DNA of 25,946 nt from an uncultured Planctomycetaceae bacterium (GTDB lineage: Bacteria; Planctomycetota; Planctomycetia; Planctomycetales; Planctomycetaceae). The DNA is taken from positions 62,001 through 87,946 of the forward strand of contig CAXBME010000034.1 in NCBI GenBank assembly GCA_963976765.1, written 5' to 3'. This document shows positions 8,800 to 17,908 of this stretch, piece by piece. A program made the translations under genes and the position numbers. The first letter of the stretch is position 1; the number at the start of each line of letters is the position of its first letter. The notes beneath the pieces were generated by a model. That model was not told the DNA's origin. It worked only from the letters and a program-made list of their open reading frames with translations, and did not search any database.

Positions 8800-10359
8800 A
8801 TGACCCTTCGCATCTACAACACGCTGACTCGTGAAAAAGAAGACTTCGTTCCCGTGACCCCAGGGAAGGTCGGCATGTATCTGTGCGGGCCGACGGTTTA
8901 CAAGCCGGCTCACATCGGACACATGGTCGGGCCGGTCATCTTCGACACCATCAAGAAGTATCTGTCGTACCTCAGTTACGACGTGACCTGGATCGTCAAC
9001 ATCACCGACGTCGATGACAAGCTGATCAACAAGGCCAACGAACTGGGTGTCGAGGTCGGTGATCTTGCGAAGGAGATGACGCAGGACTACTTCGAGAATC
9101 TCGCCACGATGGGCGTCGACTCGATCGACCGCTTCCCGTACGCGACCGAGCATATTCCCGAAATGCTCTCAATGATCGAGTCGTTGATCGAAAAGGGGCA
9201 TGCCTACCCGCTCGACGGAGACGTCTACTTTCAGGCAGAAAACGACGACGACTACGGCAAGCTCAGCCACCGCAACATCAATGAGCTGGTTTCTGGTGAA
9301 CGCGTCGAAGCCGCCGATCGAAAGAAACATCCGGCAGACTTCGCACTCTGGAAAGCGTCAAAGCCTGGCGAGCCATCGTGGGACAGTCCCTGGGGACCAG
9401 GACGGCCAGGCTGGCATATTGAGTGCTCCGCCATGAGCATGAAGTATCTGGGCGAAACACTGGACATTCACGGCGGCGGACTCGATTTGCTGTTTCCTCA
9501 CCACGAAAATGAACTCGCTCAGTCTGAATGCTGCACGGGCAAGCCGTTTTCAAAGTATTGGCTGCACAATGGTCTGATGCAGGCCAGCGGGCAGTCCGGG
9601 AAAGTCGGCGGTCAGCACGACAAACACGGCGACATTCCTGATATGGATGCTCAGGTTGCTGGCAAGCTGGCAGGGTCAGCCGGAGCTGAATCCGTCAAAA
9701 CCGCCGTCTTCTCGAAGCATCATCCTGAAACGGTTCGCTTCTTTCTTCTCGCCACGCACTACCGAAGCCCGATTGACTTTGGCGACGAGCGGATCGATGA
9801 GACGGGTCGATCACTCGAGGGCTTCTACCGGCTGATCGAAACTTTTCAGCGAATTACTGGCCAGGATTTTTATGCTCTGACAACGTCCGCAACTCGTGAG
9901 CAGACGGTCGCCCTCAATGGAGAGCCCGCGGGATTCCTCGGAGAAGTCGCCGCTCTTCGCAATCGTTATTACGAGTGCATGGACGATGACTTCAACACTG
10001 GCGGCGCAGTCGGAGTTCTGTTCGACCTGCGCAAAGCGATCAACGGTTTCGTCAACGAAACAAAACTCGACGGCGCCGGCAAGTCCGACGAGCAGAACAT
10101 GGCAGCCTTTGTTACCAGCGTCACGTTGCTGAAAGAGCTGGCGGGAATTCTCGGTGTGTTTAACAGGCCAGTTGATGACGATGCCGGAGGGGCAAACGAT
10201 GAACTCGTCGACGGTCTGATGCAGCTTGTTATCAGCCTGCGAGGCAGCCTGCGAAGTGAAAAGAACTGGGCACTCGCTGACACGATCCGAGACAGTCTCA
10301 ACGAACTGAAGATCACGCTCGAAGACCGCCCCGACGGAACTTTGTGGCGCCGCGAATAG
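8800..10359 (+). CDS. cysS: Cysteine--tRNA ligase
   Basis: IYNTLTR.KE.F, CGPTVY, HIGH, NITDVDDK, DFALWK, GRPGWHIECSAM, DIHGGGLDLLFPHHENE, MDDDFNT and C-terminal AD.IRD.L. Confidence 0.97.
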   Translation: MTLRIYNTLTREKEDFVPVTPGKVGMYLCGPTVYKPAHIGHMVGPVIFDTIKKYLSYLSYDVTWIVNITDVDDKLINKANELGVEVGDLAKEMTQDYFENLATMGVDSIDRFPYATEHIPEMLSMIESLIEKGHAYPLDGDVYFQAENDDDYGKLSHRNINELVSGERVEAADRKKHPADFALWKASKPGEPSWDSPWGPGRPGWHIECSAMSMKYLGETLDIHGGGLDLLFPHHENELAQSECCTGKPFSKYWLHNGLMQASGQSGKVGGQHDKHGDIPDMDAQVAGKLAGSAGAESVKTAVFSKHHPETVRFFLLATHYRSPIDFGDERIDETGRSLEGFYRLIETFQRITGQDFYALTTSATREQTVALNGEPAGFLGEVAALRNRYYECMDDDFNTGGAVGVLFDLRKAINGFVNETKLDGAGKSDEQNMAAFVTSVTLLKELAGILGVFNRPVDDDAGGANDELVDGLMQLVISLRGSLRSEKNWALADTIRDSLNELKITLEDRPDGTLWRRE

Positions 10360-10476
10360 CCACATTCCCGATCAGACGGAATTTTCAACGGAGACGAGCA
10401 GTGATTTACTGAGGAAAACGCGGAGAGATTTTTCTGAGAAGTACATCTGCAACTTGTTGTGGTACTAAGTTTCTAA

Positions 10477-11043
10477 ATGATCGAACCAGTAACCAACGAC
10501 CCCAAAAGACCTTTGCCAATAGCACGCCAGGTGCGAGTGCTGGGGATCGATCCAGGACTGAATCGGACGGGATATTCGATCATTGAGCGGACGGCGAAAG
10601 GAGCCGTGCTTCGTGAAGGGGGCGTGATTCGCTCGACGAAGGATCTGCCGCTGGCCGAGCGGGTGCACGAGCTGGCGGTCGGGCTACGGGAAGTTATCGC
10701 GGAGATGAATCCGTCCGTTATGGCGATCGAGCAGGTGTTCTCACACGTTGCTCACCCGAAGACGGCCATCTTAATGGCTCATGCTCGGGGAGTAATTCTG
10801 CTGACCGCAGCCGAGGCCAAACTGCCCGTTATTCATTACACGCCGACGCAGATCAAGAAGCTACTGACCGGAAACGGGCAGGCCAGCAAGGAGCAGATGC
10901 AGCACGCCGTTCAGCATGAACTCCGACTGAAAAAGCTGCTCGAACCAAACGACGTCGCGGATGCTTCTGCGGTGGCACTATGTCATTACCACAGTGTTAA
11001 GTATGTGCTGGCTGACGTGCAGTCTCAGGCGTTGGACGGTTGA
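10477..11043 (+). CDS. ruvC: Holliday junction resolvase RuvC
   Basis: VLGIDPG, AIEQVF, HARGV, YTPTQIKK..TGNGQASKEQM and D.ADA.AVALCH. Confidence 0.96.
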   Translation: MIEPVTNDPKRPLPIARQVRVLGIDPGLNRTGYSIIERTAKGAVLREGGVIRSTKDLPLAERVHELAVGLREVIAEMNPSVMAIEQVFSHVAHPKTAILMAHARGVILLTAAEAKLPVIHYTPTQIKKLLTGNGQASKEQMQHAVQHELRLKKLLEPNDVADASAVALCHYHSVKYVLADVQSQALDG

Positions 11044-11075
11044 GCTGTGAAGAAGTTTGACTGGTGCCCACAAAG

Positions 11076-11116
11076 GCAAGCGGCCTGTTTAATTTTCACA
11101 GGCCGTCTGCATTTTT
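11076..11116 (+). terminator. Intrinsic terminator after ruvC
   Basis: A CGGCCTGT/ACAGGCCG stem (11081-11088/11098-11105), extendable by GCA/TGC, is followed by ATTTTT. Confidence 0.6.
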
Positions 11117-11132
11117 GGTGTCAGTACGATCG

Positions 11133-11900
11133 CTGACTTCGCGTTTCGCAATTTCAGATGTTGAGCAGTGCGAGTGCCTGGATGGTCTGTTTGAGTTTCT
11201 GCGAGACCGGCGCTGGGAGCGACAGTTGTGAAAGGTACTGCTGCTGAGATTCGCTGTGCAGGGTGGCGAGTAGTTCCTGAAAGCTCGCGGGGCTGGAATT
11301 GTTGATGCTCGCTGGTCGCGAACCAGCAAACAATCAAGCCGTACAGCGGCAGCGCCTTGAGACAGTGCGTTCAATCGCCTGGCATGTGCTGTGGAAGGCT
11401 TCGCGGTCGCGTCCGTCGTCGGGAGTTCGGAGGTGACGACGCGCAGGTCACCACTGGGAACTTTGAGTACGCATGCCACTCGGTCCACAGTTCGCAGGCG
11501 AGTCTTCCGCACGTACAGATCGACCGTCACGCGTCGGCCTTGTTGATTAAGCATCTCGACCGCCAGCCCCAACTGGTCCAGCGGCCACCGTGTGGACGCA
11601 AACACCCGATGGAACACCGAATGATGAGGCTTGCCGTCCAGTCCGGCTGCCTCGATCATGCCGGAAAGGGTGCGGCGCTAAGCGAACATTCAGCCGACCA
11701 TCAAGGCTTCGAAACTGTTCCACGTGGGAGCCGGCAGGACACCAGACACCCGCGGCTGCACCAGCACAAACGAACTGACAAGGAACAAGAGAGCTTCCTT
11801 TCTCCATGCGTTCTTCTGTCCTGAGAAAGCCGAAGACGCATCTTGAAGGAAGCTCCCATCTTCAAACACACCACCTCAAAAACGCGAAACTTGAACTCAG
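11133..11900 (-). mobile_element. Internally deleted, non-autonomous IS701-like insertion sequence
   Basis: Imperfect 22-bp terminal inverted repeats, CTGACTTCGCGTTTCGCAATTT (11133-11154) and the reverse complement of 11879-11900, CTGAGTTCAAGTTTCGCGTTTT, match at 17/22 positions and enclose transposase fragments. Confidence 0.7.
11154..11788 (-). pseudogene. DDE (IS701-like) transposase pseudogene
   Basis: AAGGAAG precedes TTG 11788, which reads LFLVSSFV..PTWNSFEALMVG*MFA*RRTLSGMIEAAG..KPHHSVFHRVFASTRWPLDQLGLAV with stops at 11690-92 and 11678-80. Frameshifted pieces GRDREAFHSTC, QAIERT, LYGLIVCWFA and ASFQELLATL follow, ending at a TGA beside the terminal repeat. The family call is from recalled motif similarity. 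Confidence 0.75.
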
Positions 11901-12316
11901 TACTGGTCAACCAGGTACTGAATCAGGTCCGTCGAAGTTACGAGTCCGACGAGTTTGTTTCCGTCAACGACTGGAAGTGAGTGAAAGTTGTTGCTGGCCA
12001 GTAAACCGGCGGCATCCCGGATCGTTGCGGTGACCTGGATCGAAACAGGTTCGTTGTTCGCCAGGTCGGAGAGCTTATAAGTGTGGTCCAGAATGGCATC
12101 GAGACTGCGACCATCCTGGTTTCCAAACTCTCCAAACGTGACGCGGAGAACGTCACTCGAACTGATAATTCCGACGAGGTCTTCGCCGTGGACGACCGGC
12201 AGGTGATGACGATCGCCAGTCTCCAGCAACTGCCGAGCTTTGGAAACCGGTTCTGTGTGGTCAATCGTGATGAGGTTGCTCGACATGATTTTCGAAATTG
12301 ATTCGTTCTTCTTCAT
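11897..12316 (-). CDS. Stand-alone CBS-pair domain protein (139 aa)
   Basis: Two CBS repeats: HHLPVVHGEDLVGIISSSD and HSLPVVDGNKLVGLVTSTD. The start is ATG 12316 (MKKNESISKIMS). Confidence 0.92.
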   Translation of the reverse strand: MKKNESISKIMSSNLITIDHTEPVSKARQLLETGDRHHLPVVHGEDLVGIISSSDVLRVTFGEFGNQDGRSLDAILDHTYKLSDLANNEPVSIQVTATIRDAAGLLASNNFHSLPVVDGNKLVGLVTSTDLIQYLVDQY

Positions 12317-12369
12317 GAACTTCCGATCCCATCGTACTTGAGCTGGTTTGGCGATTTGACAACGCAACT

Positions 12370-12383
12370 TTGATCGCTCTCAA
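12370..12383. promoter_or_regulatory. Possible FNR/CRP-family box upstream of the CBS gene
   Basis: TTGAT-CGCT-CTCAA matches TTGAT-N4-ATCAA at 9/10 positions, about 60 nt upstream of the start codon. Confidence 0.35.
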
Positions 12384-12672
12384 GATCGAAGTTTGGCAAT
12401 TCCTGTGCCGACAAAAGTCGGAAATGGAATGTTCGATGAATGCTTCGGCGTTTGCGCTGATCGCTGTGTGTGCGATCTCTGGTCGCACCACGACTGGTGG
12501 TGAATAGCGTGCTCAGTGGTCACAGTAGCCGTGCGGAACAGGACAGCTCTGCCAATATCTGGAAGACTACGAGGTGTGCGTAAAGTGCTGACCAGTGTTG
12601 TACGGTGACCGATTCCGTACGGCGGCATTCGCCCCTGGTTTGCTTATCTCAGCGTAGTGTCGACCGGATGAC

Positions 12673-13938
12673 TTAAGAGTTCAGCTTGGGGATGCGTGCC
12701 AGCAGTCGGTCATAGTGAGCGCGGACCTGGGTAAGGTCGACACCGTTCAGGAAGGAAGAATACGCCAGGTGGCACAGTAGAAATCGCAGGTCTGATGCCC
12801 AGGGGGGAAGATACTTCGCGGGCTGACACAGACCCATTTGAGTCAACTCGTGAATGACGGGAATATCTTCGATGTCGAGCTTGCCGCAGAACAACAAACG
12901 CAGGCAGTCCGAGCGGCCTGATGAAACGATCGATCGCAGAAAGTTGTGTACGGAAAGCAGTCCGTCCAGATACACCATGTCCTTGGTAAACGGGTAGGAA
13001 CCGCTGACAACGCCACCACGGAAGACTCGCCGAGCGTTCTCGTAGGACTGCTGCTCGTTTTCAATCCTTGCCAGGAAATACTGATAAACGTCCAGAAAGT
13101 CCGCCCCGTCAACGGCCATTTGAATGGCAATAACACGATCCGCCAGTCGTCGCATTCGACCCAGATCGATTGACCCGGTAATGAATTCGGCAAAGACGGC
13201 CAGCCCTTCCTGAGTCTTTGTAATTCCTGGATGGCTGGCTCCGAGAATCTTCAGGTGCGGCTGAGCCAGTCCGTTCAGCGAGGTGGCCACATGAATGTAA
13301 GCCTCGTGCTCGACGAGCTGGTTAATGTCTTTGTCAGAGAAGCTTGCGTTACGCCGGATTCGAATTCGTTTTGGCCCTGCCAGCGCGTTGGCGGACAGCT
13401 CGTCAACGATCAGAACTTCCGGAGCGTCAGCGCCAAACATTTTCGTAACGGCTTCCGACATGGCCGTCGCGACAGTCTGAGCCAGATAACAGGCTGGCGG
13501 CGGTTCACCCAGATCGATCTTCATGACCGACGTCAGTAACTCATCGAATTTGCGAGCCAGCGCGAGCGACGTCGAAACTTTGTCTGGCAATGGATCGTTC
13601 GGAACTCCAAACAGCTTCTTTGAGTACGCGAAGAACGCTGGAGTTCCGGCGCCGGCCATCATTCTGGCACTGTCTTCCAGATCGTCGGCCAGACGTGTCA
13701 GCCATTCATCAATGAATGACGATTCGATGTGGAGTCTGGCTGCGGCGATAATCTCAAGAACCGGAGCCGGATCAAAGATTGGGTAGGAGACGACTGGTAA
13801 CTCTTTTGCTTCCAGAGCAAAAAACTGCTCGCGGACGGAAGCACTCCAGCTGACATGACTCAGAATCCGAATCGACTTACTGGCTTCGAACAAAAGATCG
13901 CTGACATGTTCGATCCGTTCGGCAGCACTGCGTGTCAT
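12673..13938 (-). CDS. QEGLA-motif / DUF1704 (MATCAP-like) zinc metallocarboxypeptidase
   Basis: HEAYIH (HExxxH, 13291-13308), TQEGLAVFAE, R.FRGG and FTKDMVYLDG. AAGGAA precedes ATG 13938. Confidence 0.9.
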   Translation of the reverse strand: MTRSAAERIEHVSDLLFEASKSIRILSHVSWSASVREQFFALEAKELPVVSYPIFDPAPVLEIIAAARLHIESSFIDEWLTRLADDLEDSARMMAGAGTPAFFAYSKKLFGVPNDPLPDKVSTSLALARKFDELLTSVMKIDLGEPPPACYLAQTVATAMSEAVTKMFGADAPEVLIVDELSANALAGPKRIRIRRNASFSDKDINQLVEHEAYIHVATSLNGLAQPHLKILGASHPGITKTQEGLAVFAEFITGSIDLGRMRRLADRVIAIQMAVDGADFLDVYQYFLARIENEQQSYENARRVFRGGVVSGSYPFTKDMVYLDGLLSVHNFLRSIVSSGRSDCLRLLFCGKLDIEDIPVIHELTQMGLCQPAKYLPPWASDLRFLLCHLAYSSFLNGVDLTQVRAHYDRLLARIPKLNS

Positions 13939-14350
13939 AGTGGTTTCCTTCTGGAGCCGCGTGATTTGAGTTTGCATTGCCGGAAGAGCTGAGAGCAATG
14001 GGGCAACGATCGCCGCTTCAGGCAAGACTGGATCAAGAGTTGAGCAACCTCACAACCTGTCATGATCAGAAGGCGACCGGAATGTACGGCTTCCAGAGGC
14101 TCCTTGTCATCAGATCCTTTGGCACCGAGTGAGTGCCGCTGCTTGACTGACTGACCGGAAGCAGCGACAGGTTCATCGCCAATTCTAAACCTACCATCAG
14201 ACAGCCTTCGAAAATAAGAGTACACTTCCGGGGCGAGGGGGTTTACGGCAGAGTGCAAAAGAACTCACGCGAAGGTGCGAAGTTCTGAAGCATGCTATCC
14301 GTGCCTCGCGAAAGCTCGAAGGATGAGGATGTTCTCAGTTTGAGAGACGA

Positions 14351-14373
14351 CAGTGACACCATTTTTGTCACTG
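14351..14373. promoter_or_regulatory. Palindromic candidate operator between the divergent QEGLA and can genes
   Basis: CAGTGACA-N7-TGTCACTG has perfect 8-bp arms and lies about 120 nt upstream of can. Confidence 0.4.
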
Positions 14374-14491
14374 GAAACAGCGGTTGATGATCGCGGAGTT
14401 TCTGGCGAAGATGCCGGCGCGTCCGGGCGACTCGACCACGGTCGACTCGACCAACAGAGCAGATCATGACCGTCAGCCATGAAGGATTAAT

Positions 14492-15145
14492 ATGCGAAAT
14501 TTGAAGAACCTGTTTGACAGCAATCGTAACTGGGCAGACGGAGCCAGAATGGCTGACCCGGAGTTCTTCGAGCGTCTGGTGGCGCAGCAGAGTCCGAAGT
14601 ATCTCTGGATAGGCTGTGCGGACAGTCGAGTTCCGGCGAATCAGATCACGGGTTTGACGCCTGGCGAAGTGTTCGTTCATCGGAATATTGCCAACGTCGT
14701 CGTGCACAGCGACTTCAACTGTCTGTCGGTGATTGAGTACGCCGTTGCCTACCTGAAAGTTGAACACATCATCGTGTGCGGTCACTACGGTTGCGGTGGT
14801 GTCAAGGCAGCGATGCAGAACAACAAGCTTGGATTGATTGACAACTGGCTGCGCCATATTCGGGACGTGCGGCAGAAACATGAAGATGTTCTTGCCGGAG
14901 TGGATGATCCGGAACAGGAATTGAAGCTGCTCTGCGAGTTCAACGTCATCGAGCAGGTCTACAACGTCTGTCATACAACGATTGTGCAGAACGCCTGGGA
15001 ACAGGGGCAGAATCTTTCCGTTCATGGCTGGATCTACAGCTTGCGGGACGGATTGCTCAACGACCTGAATACCTGCGTCACGAACCAGGACGAGATTTCG
15101 TCGATTTATCGGCTGGCCGTTTCTACATCGCGCGAGAAAACGTAG
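14492..15145 (+). CDS. can: Beta-class carbonic anhydrase (Can/YadF type)
   Basis: Zn ligand motifs YLWIGCADSRVP and CGHYGCGGV, plus FVHRNIAN and HGWIY. GAAGGA serves as RBS. Confidence 0.96.
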   Translation: MRNLKNLFDSNRNWADGARMADPEFFERLVAQQSPKYLWIGCADSRVPANQITGLTPGEVFVHRNIANVVVHSDFNCLSVIEYAVAYLKVEHIIVCGHYGCGGVKAAMQNNKLGLIDNWLRHIRDVRQKHEDVLAGVDDPEQELKLLCEFNVIEQVYNVCHTTIVQNAWEQGQNLSVHGWIYSLRDGLLNDLNTCVTNQDEISSIYRLAVSTSREKT

Positions 15146-15205
15146 CCTGCTTGAGAAAGCAGGTGCGGACCATTTTCTGTCCCGGTTCTGTCTTCAAGTT
15201 ATCAA

Positions 15206-17200
15206 TCAGTGATGGGAGCCATTAATCGGCTGGTCCTCGACGGATGCGAAGTGTCCGACGCGGACGACGTCGACAGTCTCCACACACGCTTCAACGTGAT
15301 GGCCAGGCAGGATGTCTCGACGCAGGAAGTCGATTACGGCGTCGCACACGTGCTCCGGGGCGATGACTTCAATGCGGACGTGTTCGTCGTCCGCCACGCT
15401 GTCGTTCTGGATGTTGCGCCGTCCGGCGCCGGTGCAGGTCGTGACGGTGTAGCCGGTGGCTCCACACTTGACGAATTCGTCCAGCAGCCAGTAACGCAAT
15501 GACTGGTTGGCCATGACGGTGATCCGGCGGATTGTTGCCAACCCTCGTTTGCGGGCGGCCTGAGCGTTGTCCGCAAGCGGTTGCAGCGACTCCAGACCGC
15601 GGACTTCGAACGTCAGCCCCTCCTGTTCGAAGTCTCGTGCCATTTCTTCGAGCTTGCCCATCACGCTGTGATCGACAAGTTGAGTATCGGAAACATCAAT
15701 GATCAGATTCCGGTGCTGAACCAGGCCGATGTCTTCGATCTGTCGGCGGAAGGGGATCCAGTTGCTGAACACGGCGGACTGCCGGGCAATGATCATGCTG
15801 GTGTTTTCGTCGACGTCTTCGACTTCCAGGTACGGCTTGAACAGTGACCGCAGCGGCACGCCGTTGGAAACGTGAATGACCATTTTCAGCACGATGCCCG
15901 CCGCGACTCCGATCAGCAGATCAGTCGCCAGGACGACGACCAAAGTCGTGACAAAGATGGCGAGTTGCTCTTTTCCGATGTGATAAACGTGAATGAATTC
16001 CGTCGGGTGAGCCAGTCGGAAACCCGTGTAAACCAGCATCGCGGCCAGGGCCGCCAGGGGAATCATATGCAGGACAGTCGGGATCAGCGCTACGCAGATG
16101 AGCAGGAAGATTCCGTGCCACATGTCGGCAAACCGTGTGCGTGCTCCGTTGTCGATGTTGGCTTTCGACCGGACGATCTCGGAGATCATCGGCAGTCCAC
16201 CGACCAGTGATGCGCACAGATTGCCGACGCCAACGGCGATGACGTCACGGTCCATGTTTGTTTTGCGTCTCCACGGATCGAGCAGGTCGACGGCCTTGGC
16301 GCTCAGCAGCGATTCCAGGCTGCCGATGATGAAAAACATCATCACCCATTTCCAGGCGACCAGGTGAGTGAGTACCGACATGTCCGGGTAGGTGACTTCG
16401 TCGAACATGCCGAAAATTCGCCCAGGCATGTCGACAAGGTATTGTTCGCTGAGCTGGTATTCGTGCCCTTGCAGGTAGTATGAGTGCTTGTGCAGCAGAT
16501 CGAAGCCCATACCCATCGGGACGGCAACCAGCAGCACAATCATTGGAGCGGGAATCAGTTTCAGCGGTCCCAGCTTTCTGCTGACTTTCGGCCACGTAAA
16601 CATGATCAGCAGGCTGACGATTCCGATCGCGGCGATGGCGGGGTTGGCTTCAAGAATGTAGTGAGGGATCTGTTGAACCATCTCCAGCGGTGATCCCTTG
16701 GCTCCAATGATTCCCAGCGCGTAGGGGATCTGCTTGATGATGATGATGACGCCGATTGCTGCCAGCATTCCGTGGACGGCGGAGATGGGAAAGAACTCAC
16801 CCAGAATTCCGGCTCGGAACATCCCGAACAGAATCTGCAGGACGGCTGCTGCGACCCCCACAGCCAGTGCGGCGCGGTAGGCGTTCGTATTTCCGGCGCC
16901 ACCGAATTCGTTGATACAGCCCAGGGCGATCACGATCAGACCTGCCGCTGGCCCTTTAATCGTCAGTTCGCTGTTGCTGATGAATGTGGTGACGATCGCA
17001 CCGATGATCGCTGTGAAGATTCCGGCGATCGGCGGATAACCACTGGATACCGAAATCGCCAGACACAATGGCAGGGCGATCAGAAAGACCAGAAAACCAG
17101 ATACCAGGTCGTTTCGGAAATATTTGATGGCCTCAGGCAGTCTGCCTCGCGGAACTTCGGTGAGGACTGTTGGCGGAGTCGTTGGGGACGTTTCAGACAT
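15206..17200 (-). CDS. SulP/SLC26 anion (probably bicarbonate) transporter with a STAS-like domain and a fused C-terminal PII/SbtB-like domain
   Basis: SulP motifs [28 protein letters not shown] and [14 protein letters not shown], then STAS-like [13 protein letters not shown], then ~100 aa [36 protein letters not shown] serves as RBS. Confidence 0.93.
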   Translation of the reverse strand: MSETSPTTPPTVLTEVPRGRLPEAIKYFRNDLVSGFLVFLIALPLCLAISVSSGYPPIAGIFTAIIGAIVTTFISNSELTIKGPAAGLIVIALGCINEFGGAGNTNAYRAALAVGVAAAVLQILFGMFRAGILGEFFPISAVHGMLAAIGVIIIIKQIPYALGIIGAKGSPLEMVQQIPHYILEANPAIAAIGIVSLLIMFTWPKVSRKLGPLKLIPAPMIVLLVAVPMGMGFDLLHKHSYYLQGHEYQLSEQYLVDMPGRIFGMFDEVTYPDMSVLTHLVAWKWVMMFFIIGSLESLLSAKAVDLLDPWRRKTNMDRDVIAVGVGNLCASLVGGLPMISEIVRSKANIDNGARTRFADMWHGIFLLICVALIPTVLHMIPLAALAAMLVYTGFRLAHPTEFIHVYHIGKEQLAIFVTTLVVVLATDLLIGVAAGIVLKMVIHVSNGVPLRSLFKPYLEVEDVDENTSMIIARQSAVFSNWIPFRRQIEDIGLVQHRNLIIDVSDTQLVDHSVMGKLEEMARDFEQEGLTFEVRGLESLQPLADNAQAARKRGLATIRRITVMANQSLRYWLLDEFVKCGATGYTVTTCTGAGRRNIQNDSVADDEHVRIEVIAPEHVCDAVIDFLRRDILPGHHVEACVETVDVVRVGHFASVEDQPINGSHH

Positions 17201-17584
17201 GGTAAATCCTCTGGTCGAGAATCCTGTTTGGATGAACTGGTTTTTGCTGGCGACTTCGCCTGCGGATGCCGCGACTGTCGTCGTCGTCAGATGTGCCGAT
17301 ACTGGATTCAGTCGATGGTTCTTGAGTGATCGACGGCAGGTTCACACTCTCGGCGTGTTTGTCTCGTCACCACAAATGCATGAGTTGTTGAGCAGCGACG
17401 TTGCAAGGGGGAGGCTGATCGCGATTCCGGCGGTGGTGACGCAGGAAGCGTCGGCGGTGACTCAGAACTGACATTGTGCGGTTGCCGGATGAGTTGCCTG
17501 GAAGAGGCAGCGGCTGGCAATCAGCTTTAGTTCACAACTTCATTGCTTGCAGGCCCGGTCCGGGAGTTGGCGGCAGGATGCCGC

Positions 17585-17902
17585 TCAGGCAATCGGAGTG
17601 GTCGATGCGGCAGGCGGTCCTCGCGGATCACCATCCAGGTTTCGCGAAGTGGTCACGTCGTCAGACAGTTGCGTGACTCGGCATTCAAGCGTGAAAGAGT
17701 CGGCAACCGGTGTCTTCTCTACGAGCAGCGACTCGTCATCGGGACTGTCATCGTCGCTGTCGGCGTCAGTGTCGCTATCTGTTTCGGTGCACGGGCAGGC
17801 CGGTGAGTCAACCAGTATCTCGATCACCGGTTCGGCGAGCATCGAGAACGACGCTGCGAACAGTGCAAAAAGCGACAGGAAGTTGAGAAAACGAGACTGC
17901 AT
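17585..17902 (-). CDS. Small exported uORF with CxC, acidic tract and C-terminal RGPP motif (candidate translation-arrest leader peptide)
   Basis: It has the signal-like N-terminus MQSRFLNFLSLFALFAASFSMLA, ACPC, 11 D/E in 19 residues and DPRGPPA near the C-terminus. Promoter elements sit directly before the ATG. Confidence 0.65.
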   Translation of the reverse strand: MQSRFLNFLSLFALFAASFSMLAEPVIEILVDSPACPCTETDSDTDADSDDDSPDDESLLVEKTPVADSFTLECRVTQLSDDVTTSRNLDGDPRGPPAASTTPIA

Positions 17903-17908
17903 ACCGCG

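Noticed and set aside
11678..11692. Stop-codon recoding (TGA as Trp or Sec)
   Set aside because: The stops lie in a frameshifted, deleted transposase, and intact genes in the window use TGA as a normal stop.
12384..12672. Small ORFs between the CBS and QEGLA genes
   Set aside because: No RBS, motif or protein-like composition supports them.
14121..14137. GGCACCGAGT resembles the 3' hairpin of Cas9 tracrRNA
   Set aside because: It is only a 10-nt match, with no anti-repeat, cas gene or CRISPR array in the window.
14100..14180. Fluoride riboswitch or hammerhead ribozyme on the minus strand (GGCGATG...CTGATGAC)
   Set aside because: The pseudoknot pairing and AAACGC linker of the fluoride aptamer are absent. 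A hammerhead needs GAAA and a proper stem II, but the sequence reads GAAG with poor stems.
17570..17584. CsrA-type AGGAT hairpin
   Set aside because: The GGA loop is on the + strand, opposite the local minus-strand transcript.
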